Below, piece after piece: positions 45,895 to 57,907 of a stretch of DNA of 64,000 nucleotides. The position numbers and the translations under genes were made by a program. Under the pieces are notes generated by a model, which was not told the DNA's origin, ran no database searches, and saw only the letters and a list, made by a program, of their open reading frames with translations. This DNA comes from a phage. The stretch lies in sequence record OZ335963.1. The stretch is one strand, 5' to 3'. The stretch's first letter is position 1, and every line of letters begins with the position of its first letter.

Positions 45895-47608
45895 TAACCT
45901 TAATTGGTTTGTTGGTGTTGTTGAAGATAGAATGGACCCATTAAAATTAGGTCGTGTTCGTGTTCGTGTAGTTGGTCTGCATCCACCTCAAAGAGCGCAA
46001 GGCGACGTAATGGGTATTCCAACTGATAAATTACCATGGATGTCAGTTATTCAACCTATAACTTCTGCAGCAATGTCTGGAATTGGAGGCTCCGTTACTG
46101 GTCCAGTAGAAGGAACTAGAGTTTATGGTCATTTTTTAGACAAATGGAAAACTAACGGAATTGTTCTTGGCACATATGGCGGAATAGTTCGCGAAAAACC
46201 TAATAGACTTGAAGGATTTTCTGACCCAACTGGACAGTATCCTAGACGTCTAGGAAATGATACTAACGTATTAAACCAAGGAGGAGAAGTAGGATATGAT
46301 TCGTCTTCTAATATTATCCAAGATAGCAATCTAGACACTGCGATAAATCCTGATGATAGACCATTATCAGAAATTCCAACTGATGATAATCCAAATATGT
46401 CAATGGCTGAAATGCTTCGCCGTGATGAAGGATTAAGACTAAAAGTTTATTGGGATACAGAAGGATATCCGACAATTGGTATTGGTCATCTTATCATGAA
46501 GCAGCCAGTTCGTGATATGACCCAAATTAATAAAGTTTTATCAAAACAAGTTGGTCGCGAAATTACTGGAAATCCAGGTTCTATTACAATGGAAGAAGCG
46601 GTAACTTTATTTGAGCGTGATTTGGCTGATATGCAACGTGACATTAAATCACATTCTAAAGTTGGCCCAGTTTGGCAAGCAGTTAATCGTTCTCGTCAAA
46701 TGGCATTAGAAAATATGGCATTTCAGATGGGCGTTGGTGGTGTAGCTAAATTTAACACAATGTTAACTGCTATGTTAGCCGGAGATTGGGAAAAAGCATA
46801 TAAAGCTGGTCGTGATTCATTGTGGTATCAACAAACAAAAGGCCGTGCATCTCGTGTTACCATGATTATTCTTACAGGGAATTTGGAATCATACGGTATT
46901 GAAGTGAAAACACCGGCTAGGTCTTTGTCTGCAATGGCTGCTGCTGCTGTAGCAAAGTCTTCTGATCCAGCTGACCCTCCTATTCCGAATGATTCGAGAA
47001 TTTTATTTAAAGAACCTGTTTCTTCATATAAAGGTGAATATCCGTATGTTCATACAATGGAAACTGAAAGCGGTCATATTCAGGAATTTGATGATACCCC
47101 CGGGCAAGAACGATACAGATTAGTTCATCCGACTGGAACATATGAGGAAGTATCACCTTCAGGAAGAAGAACAAGAAAAACTGTTGATAATTTGTATGAT
47201 ATAACAAATGCTGATGGTAATTTTTTGGTAGCTGGCGATAAAAAGACTAACGTCGGTGGGTCAGAAATTTATTACAACATGGATAATCGTCTCCACCAAA
47301 TAGATGGAAGCAATACAATATTTGTGCGTGGAGATGAAACTAAGACAGTTGAAGGTAATGGAACTATCCTAGTAAAAGGCAATGTTACTATTGTAGTTGA
47401 AGGTAATGCTGACATTACAGTTAAAGGAGATGCTACCACTTTAGTTGAAGGAAATCAGACTAATACAGTAAATGGAAATCTTTCTTGGAAAGTTGCTGGG
47501 ACAGTTGATTGGGACGTTGGTGGTGATTGGACAGAAAAAATGGCATCTATGAGTTCTATTTCATCTGGTCAATACACAATTGATGGATCGAGGATTGACA
47601 TTGGCTAA
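45878..47608 (+). CDS. 5: Baseplate hub and tail lysozyme gp5
   Basis: 576 aa; N-terminal OB-fold region, central lysozyme domain (EMLRRDEGLRLKVYWDTEGYPTIGIGHLI), C-terminal VxGxxxxxV beta-helix repeats. Confidence 0.95.
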   Translation: MEMISNNLNWFVGVVEDRMDPLKLGRVRVRVVGLHPPQRAQGDVMGIPTDKLPWMSVIQPITSAAMSGIGGSVTGPVEGTRVYGHFLDKWKTNGIVLGTYGGIVREKPNRLEGFSDPTGQYPRRLGNDTNVLNQGGEVGYDSSSNIIQDSNLDTAINPDDRPLSEIPTDDNPNMSMAEMLRRDEGLRLKVYWDTEGYPTIGIGHLIMKQPVRDMTQINKVLSKQVGREITGNPGSITMEEAVTLFERDLADMQRDIKSHSKVGPVWQAVNRSRQMALENMAFQMGVGGVAKFNTMLTAMLAGDWEKAYKAGRDSLWYQQTKGRASRVTMIILTGNLESYGIEVKTPARSLSAMAAAAVAKSSDPADPPIPNDSRILFKEPVSSYKGEYPYVHTMETESGHIQEFDDTPGQERYRLVHPTGTYEEVSPSGRRTRKTVDNLYDITNADGNFLVAGDKKTNVGGSEIYYNMDNRLHQIDGSNTIFVRGDETKTVEGNGTILVKGNVTIVVEGNADITVKGDATTLVEGNQTNTVNGNLSWKVAGTVDWDVGGDWTEKMASMSSISSGQYTIDGSRIDIG

Positions 47609-48137
47609 TATACTTCCAATGAGCGCTGATTTAGGAGAATCCATGGAAGGTTCTTCTATCGACGTCACCTTTACCGCTCAATTAGAAACAGGTGAAACGT
47701 TAGTATCTATAAATATAACTAGTTACGAAGAAACTCCTGGGGTTTTAGTAGAAGAAAATCGTTTATATGGAACGTATGAATCTGTATTTGGATTTGGAAA
47801 TGACGCATTGAAATATCGTTTAGATGATGAATTTAAAACTGCTGCTTCATGGGAAGACCTTCCAACTGATTCTAATACTCAGTTATATCTATGGAAAGCT
47901 CCTCAAAACCTCCAGAAGATATTCACTTATGAAGTAACATTAATATATGACTACCAAGAACAAAGTGAATCTGGAGGTTCTGGCAGTAATTCTAGGTCAT
48001 CTTCTGATACTACTGAACCAACCGATCCTCCAACTCCAATAAGAAAAACTCTTGTTAAAAATTACACAAAAACTATAGTTGGAAATTGGAGTCGTTGGGC
48101 TGATAAATTAAGAAGCTACGTATATGAGAGGCAATAA
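47580..48137 (+). CDS. Hypothetical protein at T4 5.1 position
   Basis: 185 aa ORF between 5 and 5.4. Confidence 0.6.
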   Translation: MMDRGLTLANILPMSADLGESMEGSSIDVTFTAQLETGETLVSINITSYEETPGVLVEENRLYGTYESVFGFGNDALKYRLDDEFKTAASWEDLPTDSNTQLYLWKAPQNLQKIFTYEVTLIYDYQEQSESGGSGSNSRSSSDTTEPTDPPTPIRKTLVKNYTKTIVGNWSRWADKLRSYVYERQ

Positions 48138-48430
48138 TGTCAGGATTAAGTTATGATAAGTGTGTTACTGCTGGCCATGCTTCATGGCCTCCAACGGTTG
48201 TGAATGCTACACAAAGTAAAGTATTCACTGGAGGAATTGCTGTTCTCGTAGCAGGTGATCCAATTACAGAACATACAGAAATTAAAAAGCCATATGAAAC
48301 ACATGGCGGAGTGACACAACCTAGAACTTCTAAGGTATATGTCACTGGAAAGAAAGCTGTTCAAATGGCTGATCCAATATCATGCGGTGATACTGTGGCT
48401 CAGGCATCATCTAAAGTATTCATTAAATAG
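48137..48430 (+). CDS. 5.4: PAAR-repeat spike-tip protein gp5.4
   Basis: 97 aa; Gly-rich PAAR-like repeats; T4 gp5.4 is 97 aa. Confidence 0.85.
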   Translation: MSGLSYDKCVTAGHASWPPTVVNATQSKVFTGGIAVLVAGDPITEHTEIKKPYETHGGVTQPRTSKVYVTGKKAVQMADPISCGDTVAQASSKVFIK

Positions 48431-48438
48431 GATTTAAA

Positions 48439-50421
48439 ATGGCAAATACCCCTGTAAATTATCAATTAACACGAACAGCAAATGCTATTCCCGAGATATT
48501 CGTCGGGGGTACATTTGCTGAAATAAAACAAAACCTCATTGAATGGCTTAATGGCCAAAATGAATTTTTGGATTATGATTTTGAAGGTTCAAGATTAAAC
48601 GTTCTGTGTGACCTTTTAGCTTATAATACGTTGTACATTCAGCAGTTTGGTAATGCTGCCTTGTATGAAAGCTTTATGCGTACTGCTAATTTGCGTAGTT
48701 CAGTAGTTCAAGCTGCACAAGATAATGGATATTTACCTACTTCAAAATCAGCTGCTCAAACTGAAATTATGTTAACTTGCACAGACGCATTGAATAGAAA
48801 TTACATTACTATTCCTCGCGGTACTCGTTTTTTAGCATATGCAAAAGATACTTCTGTTAATCCTTATAACTTTGTCTCTACCGAAGATGTTATTGCTATT
48901 CGTGATAAAAATAACCAATATTTTCCACGATTAAAATTGGCTCAGGGACGTATAGTAAGAACTGAAATCATTTATGATAAATTAACACCGATTATCATTT
49001 ATGACAAAAATATAGATAGAAACCAAGTTAAACTATACGTTGATGGAGCAGAATGGATTAACTGGACAAGAAAGTCAATGGTTCATGCTGGTTCTACATC
49101 AACAATTTACTACATGCGTGAAACTATTGATGGAAATACTGAATTTTATTTTGGTGAAGGTGAGATTTCCGTTAATGCGGCAGAAGGAGCATTGACCGCT
49201 AATTATATTGGAGGTCTTAAACCTACCCAGAACTCTACGATTGTTATTGAGTACATCAGTACTAACGGTGCAGATGCGAATGGCGCAGTCGGATTTTCAT
49301 ATGCAGATACATTAACAAATATAACTGTCATCAATATTAATGAAAATCCAAACGACGACCCAGATTTCGTTGGAGCAGACGGCGGTGGTGACCCAGAAGA
49401 TATTGAGCGTATTCGCGAATTGGGTACTATTAAACGCGAAACCCAACAACGCTGCGTAACTGCGACTGATTATGATACATTCGTTTCAGAGAGATTTGGT
49501 TCTATTATTCAAGCAGTTCAAACTTTCACTGATTCTACAAAACCCGGTTATGCATTTATTGCTGCTAAACCTAAATCAGGTCTGTATTTAACTACTGTAC
49601 AGCGTGAAGATATTAAAAATTATCTCAAAGACTATAATTTAGCTCCTATTACACCATCAATTATTTCTCCTAATTACCTTTTTATTAAGACTAATTTAAA
49701 AGTCACATATGCTTTAAATAAGCTGCAAGAATCCGAACAGTGGCTCGAAGGTCAAATAATTGATAAAATTGATCGTTATTATACCGAAGATGTAGAAATT
49801 TTTAACTCATCTTTCGCTAAATCTAAGATGTTGACATATGTAGATGATGCAGATCATTCTATCATTGGCTCATCAGCGACAATTCAAATTGTTCGTGAAG
49901 TACAAAACTTCTATAAAACGCCTGAAGCAGGTATTAAATACAATAATCAAATAAAAGACCGTTCTATGGAATCTAATACGTTTTCATTTAATTCTGGACG
50001 AAAGGTTGTAAATCCTGATACTGGTTTAGAAGAAGATGTATTATATGATGTTCGCATAGTATCAACAGACCGAAATTCTAAAGGAATTGGTAAAGTTATT
50101 ATTGGTCCATTTGCTTCTGGCGATGTTACAGAAAATAAAAACATTCGTCCATATACAGGCAACGATTTTAATAAATTAGCAAATTCTAGTGGACGCGACA
50201 AATACTATGTTATCGGTGAAATAAATTATCCAGCTGATATGATTTATTGGAATATCGCTAAAATTAATTTAACATCCGATAAATTTGAGGTTCAGACTAT
50301 TGAACTATATTCTGACCCAATAGACGATGTTATTTTCACACGTGATGGTTCACTGATTGTATTTGAAAATGATTTACGCCCGCAATACTTAACTATCGAT
50401 TTGGAGCCTATATCACAATGA
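48439..50421 (+). CDS. 6: Baseplate wedge protein gp6
   Basis: 660 aa; position and length match T4 gp6. Confidence 0.92.
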   Translation: MANTPVNYQLTRTANAIPEIFVGGTFAEIKQNLIEWLNGQNEFLDYDFEGSRLNVLCDLLAYNTLYIQQFGNAALYESFMRTANLRSSVVQAAQDNGYLPTSKSAAQTEIMLTCTDALNRNYITIPRGTRFLAYAKDTSVNPYNFVSTEDVIAIRDKNNQYFPRLKLAQGRIVRTEIIYDKLTPIIIYDKNIDRNQVKLYVDGAEWINWTRKSMVHAGSTSTIYYMRETIDGNTEFYFGEGEISVNAAEGALTANYIGGLKPTQNSTIVIEYISTNGADANGAVGFSYADTLTNITVININENPNDDPDFVGADGGGDPEDIERIRELGTIKRETQQRCVTATDYDTFVSERFGSIIQAVQTFTDSTKPGYAFIAAKPKSGLYLTTVQREDIKNYLKDYNLAPITPSIISPNYLFIKTNLKVTYALNKLQESEQWLEGQIIDKIDRYYTEDVEIFNSSFAKSKMLTYVDDADHSIIGSSATIQIVREVQNFYKTPEAGIKYNNQIKDRSMESNTFSFNSGRKVVNPDTGLEEDVLYDVRIVSTDRNSKGIGKVIIGPFASGDVTENKNIRPYTGNDFNKLANSSGRDKYYVIGEINYPADMIYWNIAKINLTSDKFEVQTIELYSDPIDDVIFTRDGSLIVFENDLRPQYLTIDLEPISQ

Positions 50422-53400
50422 CAGTAAAAGCACCTTCAGTCACTAGTCTCAGAATTTCCAAGTTATCCGCAAATCAGGTGCAAGTACGCTGGGATGACGT
50501 TGGTGCTAATTTCTACTATTTTGTAGAAATCGCTGAGACAAAAACAAACTCGGGGGAAAATCTCCCGAGCAATCAATACCGATGGATTAACTTAGGATAT
50601 ACTGCAAATAACAGCTTCTTTTTTGATAATGCTAATCCATTGACATCGTACATTATTAGAGTAGCTACAGCTGCACAGGATTTTGAGCAGTCTGATTGGA
50701 TTTATACCGAAGAGTTTGAAACTTTTGCTACAAACGCTTATACATTTCAAAACATGATTGAAATGCAATTAGCTAATAAATTCATTCAGGAAAAATTTAC
50801 TCTTAATAATTCTGACTATGTTAATTTTAATAATGATACTATAATGGCTGCATTGATGAATGAATCATTCCAATTCAGCCCATCATATGCTGATGTTTCA
50901 TCAATAAGTAATTTTATTATTGGTGAAAATGAGTATCATGAAATACAAGGTTCTATTCAGCAAGTATGTAAGGATATTAATCGAGTTTATTTGATGGAAT
51001 CAGAAGGGATTCTATATCTTTTTGAGCGTTATCAACCTGTAGTTAAAGTATCCAATGATAAAGGTCAAACCTGGAAAGCTGTAAAGCTCTTCAATGACCG
51101 TGTAGGATATCCTTTATCTAAGACTGTATATTACCAATCTGCGAGCACAACATACGTTCTAGGATACGACAAGATTTTCTATGGCCGCAAATCTACTGAT
51201 GTTAGATGGTCAGCTGATGATGTTAGATTTAGTTCACAGGATATAACATTTGCTAAACTTGGTGATCAACTTCATTTGGGATTTGATGTTGAAATCTTTG
51301 GTACTTATGCTACATTACCTGCAAACGTGTATCGTATAGCTGAAGCTATTACTTGCACCGATGATTACATTTACGTTGTCGCCAGAGACAAAGTTAGATA
51401 CATAAAAACAAGCAATGCACCTATAGATTCTGACCCATTATCTCCAACATATTCGGAAAGGCTTTTTGAACCTGATACAATGACTATAACTGGAAATCCT
51501 AAAGCAGTATGCTATAAAATGGATTCTATCGGTGATAAAGTTTTTGCTCTTATTATTGGTGAAGTTGAAACATTAAATGCTAATCCTAGAACATCAAAAA
51601 TAATTGATTCTGCTGATAAAGGAATATATGTTTTAAATCATGGCACAAAAACGTGGAAAAGAGTTTTTGGCAATACTGAAGAAGAAAGAAGACGTATTCA
51701 ACCCGGGTATGCGAATATGTCAACTGATGGTAAATTAGTTTCGCTATCTTCAAGTAATTTTAAATTTTTAAGTGATAATATTGTTAATGACCCTGAAACT
51801 GCAGCAAAATATCAGTTAATTGGTGCCGTTAAATATGAATTTCCTCGTGAATGGTTAGCTGATAAGCATTATCATATGATGGCATTTATAGCAGATGAAA
51901 AATCTGATTGGGAAACTTTTACTCCTCAGCCAATGAAATATTATGCAGAACCATTCTTTAACTGGTCTAAAAAATCTAACACACGGTGTTGGATAAACAA
52001 CTCTGATAGAGCTGTAGTAGTTTATGCTGATTTAAAATACACTAAAGTTATTGAAAATTTTCCAGAAACATCTCCAGACAGATTAGTTCATGAATACTGG
52101 GATGACGGCGATTGCACTATAGTAATGCCAAACGTTAAATTCACTGGATTTAAAAAATATGCGTCTGGGATGCTTTTTTATAAATCCTCCGGTGAAATAA
52201 TTTCTTATTATGATTTTAACTATCGAGTGAGAGACACGGTTGAAATAATTTGGAAGCCAACTGGAATATTTTTAAAAGCATTTTTACAAAACCAAGAGCG
52301 TGAAACTCCTTGGTCACCAGAAGAAGAGCATGGATTAGCTGACCCTGATTTAAGACCATTAATTGGCACAATGATGCCTGATTCTTATTTACTACAAGAT
52401 TCGAATTTTGAGGCATTTTGCGAAGCATATATTCAGTATCTTTCTGATGGATATGGAACTCAGTATAACAATTTACGAAATTTAATTCGTAACAAATATC
52501 CACGAGAAGAGCATGCATGGGAATATTTGTGGTCAGAGATATATAAAAGAAACATTTATTTAAATGCTGACAAACGTGATGCTGTTACAAGATTTTTCGA
52601 ATCACGTAGCTATGATTTTTATTCTACTAAAGGAATTGAAGCATCATACAAATTTCTTTTTAAAGTTCTTTATAATGAAGAAGTTGAAATTGAAATTGAA
52701 TCTGGGGCTGGTACTGAATATGATATAATCGTTCAATCTGATTCTTTGACCGAAGACTTAGTAGGACAAACGATTTATACAGCTACAGGAAGATGTAATG
52801 TTACTTATATAGAAAGAAGCTATTCTAATGGTAAATTGCAATGGACCGTAACTATTCATAATCTTTTGGGAAGATTAATTGCCGGTCAAGAAGTTAAAGC
52901 AGAAAGACTCCCTAGTTTCGAAGGCGAAATTATTCGCGGGGTTAAAGGAAAGGATTTGCTTCAAAATAATATAGACTATATTAATAGAAGTAGATCATAT
53001 TATGTAATGAAAATTAAATCCAATTTACCTTCTTCCCGCTGGAAATCTGACGTTATTCGTTTTGTTCATCCAGTAGGATTTGGATTTATAGCAATTACTC
53101 TTTTAACAATGTTTATTAATGTTGGTTTAACTCTTAAACATACAGAGACTATAATTAATAAATACAAAAACTACAAATGGGATTCTGGATTGCCTACTGA
53201 ATATGCTGATAGAGTAGCTAAATTAACTCCAACTGGTGAAATTGAACATGATTCAGTAACAGGAGAAGCAATTTATGAACCTGGCCCAATGGCTGGTGTA
53301 GAATATCCTCTTCCTGATGACTATAATGCTGAAAATAACAATTCAATATTTCAAGGTCAATTGCCGTCTGAACGACGCAAATTAATGAGTCCTTTATTTG

Positions 53401-53516
53401 ATGCATCTGGAACAACATTTGCACAATTTAGAGATTTAGTTAATAAACGTCTAAAAGATAATATAGGAAATCCAAGAGACCCTGAAAATCCAACACAGGT
53501 TAAAATAGATGAATGA
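50418..53516 (+). CDS. 7: Baseplate wedge protein gp7
   Basis: 1032 aa; position and length match T4 gp7. Confidence 0.92.
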   Translation: MTVKAPSVTSLRISKLSANQVQVRWDDVGANFYYFVEIAETKTNSGENLPSNQYRWINLGYTANNSFFFDNANPLTSYIIRVATAAQDFEQSDWIYTEEFETFATNAYTFQNMIEMQLANKFIQEKFTLNNSDYVNFNNDTIMAALMNESFQFSPSYADVSSISNFIIGENEYHEIQGSIQQVCKDINRVYLMESEGILYLFERYQPVVKVSNDKGQTWKAVKLFNDRVGYPLSKTVYYQSASTTYVLGYDKIFYGRKSTDVRWSADDVRFSSQDITFAKLGDQLHLGFDVEIFGTYATLPANVYRIAEAITCTDDYIYVVARDKVRYIKTSNAPIDSDPLSPTYSERLFEPDTMTITGNPKAVCYKMDSIGDKVFALIIGEVETLNANPRTSKIIDSADKGIYVLNHGTKTWKRVFGNTEEERRRIQPGYANMSTDGKLVSLSSSNFKFLSDNIVNDPETAAKYQLIGAVKYEFPREWLADKHYHMMAFIADEKSDWETFTPQPMKYYAEPFFNWSKKSNTRCWINNSDRAVVVYADLKYTKVIENFPETSPDRLVHEYWDDGDCTIVMPNVKFTGFKKYASGMLFYKSSGEIISYYDFNYRVRDTVEIIWKPTGIFLKAFLQNQERETPWSPEEEHGLADPDLRPLIGTMMPDSYLLQDSNFEAFCEAYIQYLSDGYGTQYNNLRNLIRNKYPREEHAWEYLWSEIYKRNIYLNADKRDAVTRFFESRSYDFYSTKGIEASYKFLFKVLYNEEVEIEIESGAGTEYDIIVQSDSLTEDLVGQTIYTATGRCNVTYIERSYSNGKLQWTVTIHNLLGRLIAGQEVKAERLPSFEGEIIRGVKGKDLLQNNIDYINRSRSYYVMKIKSNLPSSRWKSDVIRFVHPVGFGFIAITLLTMFINVGLTLKHTETIINKYKNYKWDSGLPTEYADRVAKLTPTGEIEHDSVTGEAIYEPGPMAGVEYPLPDDYNAENNNSIFQGQLPSERRKLMSPLFDASGTTFAQFRDLVNKRLKDNIGNPRDPENPTQVKIDE

Positions 53517-54513
53517 TTCAAGTGTTATCTATCGTGCGATAGTTACTTCAAAATTTAGAACAGAAAAAATGTTGAATTTTTATAATTCAATTGGAAGTGG
53601 TCCAGATAAAAACACTATCTTTATCACATTTGGAAGATCAGAACCGTGGTCATCAAATGAAAATGAGGTGGGCTTTGCTCCACCTTATCCAACTGATTCT
53701 GTATTGGGTGTAACTGACATGTGGACTCATATGATGGGAACTGTAAAGGTTCTTCCATCTATGCTTGATGCAGTTATTCCTCGTAGAGATTGGGGAGATA
53801 CTAGATATCCGGATCCATACACATTTAGAATTAACGATATTGTAGTGTGTAACTCAGCTCCTTACAATGCTACCGAATCAGGCGCAGGCTGGTTAGTATA
53901 TCGTTGTTTAGATGTTCCTGATACAGGAATGTGCTCAATTGAGTCTTTAACTAATAAGGATGAATGCCTTAAGTTAGGTGGAAAATGGACTCCTTCTGTT
54001 AGGTCAATGACTCCTCCTGAAGGTCGAGGAGACGCGGAAGGAACAATCGAACCCGGAGACGGATATGTTTGGGAATATCTTTTTGAGATTCCGCCTGATG
54101 TATCTATAAATAGATGCACGAATGAGTATATCGTGGTTCCTTGGCCTGAGGAATTAAAAGAAGACCCGGCTAGATGGGGTTATGAAGATAATCTCACTTG
54201 GCAACAAGATGATTTCGGATTAATTTATCGCGTTAAGGCAAACACTATACGTTTTAAAGCATATTTAGATTCAGTTTATTTTCCGGAAGCTGCATTGCCT
54301 GGAAATAAAGGATTTAGACAAATATCAATAATCACGAATCCTCTTGAAGCTAAAGCTAATCCAAATGACCCAAACGTTAAAGCTGAAAAGGATTATTATG
54401 ATCCGGAAGATTTAATGAGGCATTCGGGCGAAATGATTTATATGGAAAATAGGCCACCTATTATCATGGCAATGGATCAAACAGAAGAAATCAATATTCT
54501 GTTTACATTTTAA
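53509..54513 (+). CDS. 8: Baseplate wedge protein gp8
   Basis: 334 aa; position and length match T4 gp8. Confidence 0.92.
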   Translation: MNDSSVIYRAIVTSKFRTEKMLNFYNSIGSGPDKNTIFITFGRSEPWSSNENEVGFAPPYPTDSVLGVTDMWTHMMGTVKVLPSMLDAVIPRRDWGDTRYPDPYTFRINDIVVCNSAPYNATESGAGWLVYRCLDVPDTGMCSIESLTNKDECLKLGGKWTPSVRSMTPPEGRGDAEGTIEPGDGYVWEYLFEIPPDVSINRCTNEYIVVPWPEELKEDPARWGYEDNLTWQQDDFGLIYRVKANTIRFKAYLDSVYFPEAALPGNKGFRQISIITNPLEAKANPNDPNVKAEKDYYDPEDLMRHSGEMIYMENRPPIIMAMDQTEEINILFTF

Positions 54514-54516
54514 CTT

Positions 54517-54540
54517 AAGGGAGCCCATGGGCTCCCTTTT
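54517..54540 (+). terminator. Rho-independent terminator after gene 8
   Basis: Palindrome gggagcccatgggctccc followed by ttttt. Confidence 0.6.
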
Positions 54541-54550
54541 TCTTTATAAA

Positions 54551-54558
54551 TACTATAA
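54551..54558 (+). promoter_or_regulatory. Late promoter TATAAATA for gene 9
   Basis: tataaata about 19 nt upstream of the gene 9 ATG, with AAGGAAA RBS. Confidence 0.55.
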
Positions 54559-54576
54559 ACTCATAAGGAAACCGCT

Positions 54577-55443
54577 ATGTTCATTCAAGAACCAAAGAAA
54601 TTGATTGATACCGGCGAAATTGGTAACGCTTCTACTGGTGATATCTTATTCGACGGTGGTAATAAAATTAATAGTGATTTTAACGCAATTTATAATGCGT
54701 TTGGCGATCAGCGCAAAATGGCAGTAGCAAATGGCACTGGAGCAAATGGCCAAATTATCCATGCTACTGGATATTATCAAAAGCACTCTATAGCAGAGTA
54801 CGCAACTCCAGTAAAAGTTGGCACTAGACATGATATTGATACCTCTACTGTTGGTGTTAAAGTTATCATTGAAAGAGGAGAACTCGGTGACTGTGTTGAA
54901 TTTATTAACTCAAATGGATCAATATCAGTTACTAATCCTTTAACGATTCAAGCTATTGATTCAATTAAAGGCGTTTCAGGTAATTTGGTAGTAACTAGCC
55001 CATATAGTAAAGTAACTTTGCGCTGTATTTCATCTGATAATTCTACGTCAGTTTGGAATTATTCTATTGAAAGTATGTTTGGCCAAAAGGAATCACCGGC
55101 CGAAGGTACATGGAATATTTCTACGTCTGGATCAGTTGACATTCCGCTATTTCATCGTACTGAATATAACATGGCTAAATTGTTAGTTACATGCCAATCA
55201 GTAGATGGAAGAAAAATTAAAACAGCAGAAATAAATATTCTTGTAGATACTGTTAATTCAGAGGTCATTTCTTCTGAATATGCTGTCATGCGAGTTGGGA
55301 ATGAAACCGAAGAAGACGAAATCGCTAATATTGCATTTAGTATTAAAACAAATTATGTAACAGCGACTATAAGTTCTTCAACTGTCGGTATGAGAGCAGC
55401 AGTTAAAGTTATCGCTACGCAGAAAATCGGGGTGGCTCAATAA
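54577..55443 (+). CDS. 9: Baseplate protein gp9 (long tail fiber socket)
   Basis: 288 aa; position and length match T4 gp9. Confidence 0.92.
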   Translation: MFIQEPKKLIDTGEIGNASTGDILFDGGNKINSDFNAIYNAFGDQRKMAVANGTGANGQIIHATGYYQKHSIAEYATPVKVGTRHDIDTSTVGVKVIIERGELGDCVEFINSNGSISVTNPLTIQAIDSIKGVSGNLVVTSPYSKVTLRCISSDNSTSVWNYSIESMFGQKESPAEGTWNISTSGSVDIPLFHRTEYNMAKLLVTCQSVDGRKIKTAEINILVDTVNSEVISSEYAVMRVGNETEEDEIANIAFSIKTNYVTATISSSTVGMRAAVKVIATQKIGVAQ

Positions 55444-57248
55444 TGAAACAAAATATTAATATCGGTAATGTTGTTGATGATGGTACCGGTGACTACCTGC
55501 GTAAAGGTGGTATAAAAATAAATGAAAACTTTGATGAACTTTATTATGAACTTGGTGATGGAGATGTTCCATATTCAGCCGGTGCCTGGAAAACTTATAA
55601 TGCTTCATCTGGACAAACACTAACGGCAGAATGGGGAAAATCATATGCCATTAATACTTCGTCTGGAAGAGTAACTCTACAACTTCCTAAAGGAACTGTT
55701 AATGATTACAACAAGGTAATTAGAGCTAGAGACGTATTCGCTACATGGAACATCAATCCAGTTACTTTAGTAGCTGCTTCCGGAGATACAATTAAAGGGT
55801 CGTCATCATCGGTTGAAATTAATGTTCAATTTAGTGATTTAGAGTTAGTTTATTGCGCTCCAGGACGTTGGGAATATGTCAAAAACAAACAAATTGACAA
55901 AATTGTTAGTTCAGATATTAGTAATGTAGCTCGCAAAGAATTTTTAGTTGAAGTTCAAGGACAAACTGACTTTTTAGATGTTTTCAATGGAACTAGTTAT
56001 AATGTCAATAACATCAGAGTAAAACATCGTGGTAACGAATTGTATTACGGCGATGTATTTAGCGAAAACAGTGACTTTGGCTCTCCGGGCGAAAATGAAG
56101 GCGAATTAGTTCCTCTTGATGGATTTAATATTAGGCTAAGACAGCCATGTAATATTGGTGACACCGTTCAAATTGAAACATTTATGGATGGTGTATCACA
56201 ATGGAGAAGTTCATATACAAGACGCCAAATAAAAGTACTAGATTCAAAACTAACATCAAAGACTTCTTTAGAAGGAAGCATTTATGTTACTGATTTATCG
56301 ACGATGAAATCAATTCCATTTTCCGCTTTTGGATTAATTCCTGGTGAACCTATTAATCCTAACTCTCTTGAGGTTCGTTTTAATGGAATTTTACAGCAAC
56401 AAGCTGGAACAGCTGGATATCCTCTGTTTTTGTGTGAAGGCGCTAGTTCAGATACACAAGAAGGTTGTATATCTCTTGGTGGTGAATGGAAAGAATCAAA
56501 CACAGATTATTCTATAGAATATGAAGATGGAAAACCTACCAGTCTTTTATTTGATAGAAAATTTGAATCAGGTGATATAATCGTTATAACGTGGTTCAAT
56601 AATGATTTAGGAACTCTTTTAGAAAAAGATGACATCATTGAATTGACTGATGACCGTTATGTTAGTAAAGGATCATCTACTGAAGTTACTGGTGATGTAG
56701 CCTTAACGGATTTTGATAAAATCGGTTGGCCAAATGTTGAAAAAGTTGATTCTTATACTAGAACGTATAATTCAATATCATCTATTTTCGATAGCATTTA
56801 TCCTGTAGGTTCAATTTATGAAAATGCTATAAATCCAAATAATCCGGCGACTTATATGGGGTTTGGTTCATGGAAATTATTTGGTAAAGGACAGGTTTTA
56901 GTAGGATGGAATGATGATGTTACGGATCCAAACTTTGCTTTAAACAATAATGATTTAGATTCTAGCGGAAATCCTTCACATACTGCCGGTGGAACAGTTG
57001 GAACAACAACAGTGACACTTGAGAATGCAAATCTTCCTGCAACTAAAACCGACGAAAGAGTTTTAATTGAAGACGAAAATGGATCAGTTATTATTGGAGG
57101 TTGCCAATATGACCCAGATGAAACTGGTCCTATATATACAAAATATCGTGAAGACTATGCAACAACAAACTCTTCACATACTCCTCCTGCTAATATTAGT
57201 AATATTCAACCGTCTATTACTGTATACCGTTGGATAAGGATTGCATAA
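55443..57248 (+). CDS. 10: Baseplate wedge protein gp10
   Basis: 601 aa (T4 602); stop overlaps the gp11 start. Confidence 0.92.
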   Translation: MKQNINIGNVVDDGTGDYLRKGGIKINENFDELYYELGDGDVPYSAGAWKTYNASSGQTLTAEWGKSYAINTSSGRVTLQLPKGTVNDYNKVIRARDVFATWNINPVTLVAASGDTIKGSSSSVEINVQFSDLELVYCAPGRWEYVKNKQIDKIVSSDISNVARKEFLVEVQGQTDFLDVFNGTSYNVNNIRVKHRGNELYYGDVFSENSDFGSPGENEGELVPLDGFNIRLRQPCNIGDTVQIETFMDGVSQWRSSYTRRQIKVLDSKLTSKTSLEGSIYVTDLSTMKSIPFSAFGLIPGEPINPNSLEVRFNGILQQQAGTAGYPLFLCEGASSDTQEGCISLGGEWKESNTDYSIEYEDGKPTSLLFDRKFESGDIIVITWFNNDLGTLLEKDDIIELTDDRYVSKGSSTEVTGDVALTDFDKIGWPNVEKVDSYTRTYNSISSIFDSIYPVGSIYENAINPNNPATYMGFGSWKLFGKGQVLVGWNDDVTDPNFALNNNDLDSSGNPSHTAGGTVGTTTVTLENANLPATKTDERVLIEDENGSVIIGGCQYDPDETGPIYTKYREDYATTNSSHTPPANISNIQPSITVYRWIRIA

Positions 57249-57907
57249 TGAGTTTACTTAATAATAAAGCGGGAGTTATTTCCCGCTTAGCAGATTTTCT
57301 TGGTTTTAGAACTAAGAAAAATGATATTTCGGTTATGAATAATCAGCCAGTAGGCGCTGTAACAATTTCACAAATAGCAAAAGGTTTTTATGACCCAAAT
57401 GTAGAATCTGCTATCAATGATGTTAGAAATATGGCAGAGCAACAGGTTGGAGCTGTATTAGTTAATATAAGCGGCGTATCTCCTACTGGCGTGCAACAAA
57501 CAGACTATTGGTCATTTGAAGGAACCGTTACTGATACTTCAGCCAAACCAGGTGATCCAGTTATTGTTAACATGTTTGGTATTCCAGTTAAAGCTACTAA
57601 TGGAATGACTTCAATCGAATTCACTAGTGCCGTTAGAATAGCTCTACAGGAAATGGTTGTAAAATTTATTGCAATTGATTCATTTGAAGACCATCCTACC
57701 ATAGGAAATAAAATACAAGTTAAGTATTTAGATAACCAAGAACATATCTTAGAACAATACTCTGATAAAGGAATTACTTTCAAACAGGAAATAATTTCTC
57801 CTTCTAAACCTGGGTACGGAACTTGGCAATTATTAGGTGCGCAAACTGTTACGCTAGATAGTCACACACAACCTACAGTATTTTATTATTTTGAGAGAAT
57901 AGCATGA
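57248..57907 (+). CDS. 11: Baseplate protein gp11 (short tail fiber attachment)
   Basis: 219 aa from [20 protein letters not shown]; the track ORF has a 6-codon upstream extension. Confidence 0.92.
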   Translation: MSLLNNKAGVISRLADFLGFRTKKNDISVMNNQPVGAVTISQIAKGFYDPNVESAINDVRNMAEQQVGAVLVNISGVSPTGVQQTDYWSFEGTVTDTSAKPGDPVIVNMFGIPVKATNGMTSIEFTSAVRIALQEMVVKFIAIDSFEDHPTIGNKIQVKYLDNQEHILEQYSDKGITFKQEIISPSKPGYGTWQLLGAQTVTLDSHTQPTVFYYFERIA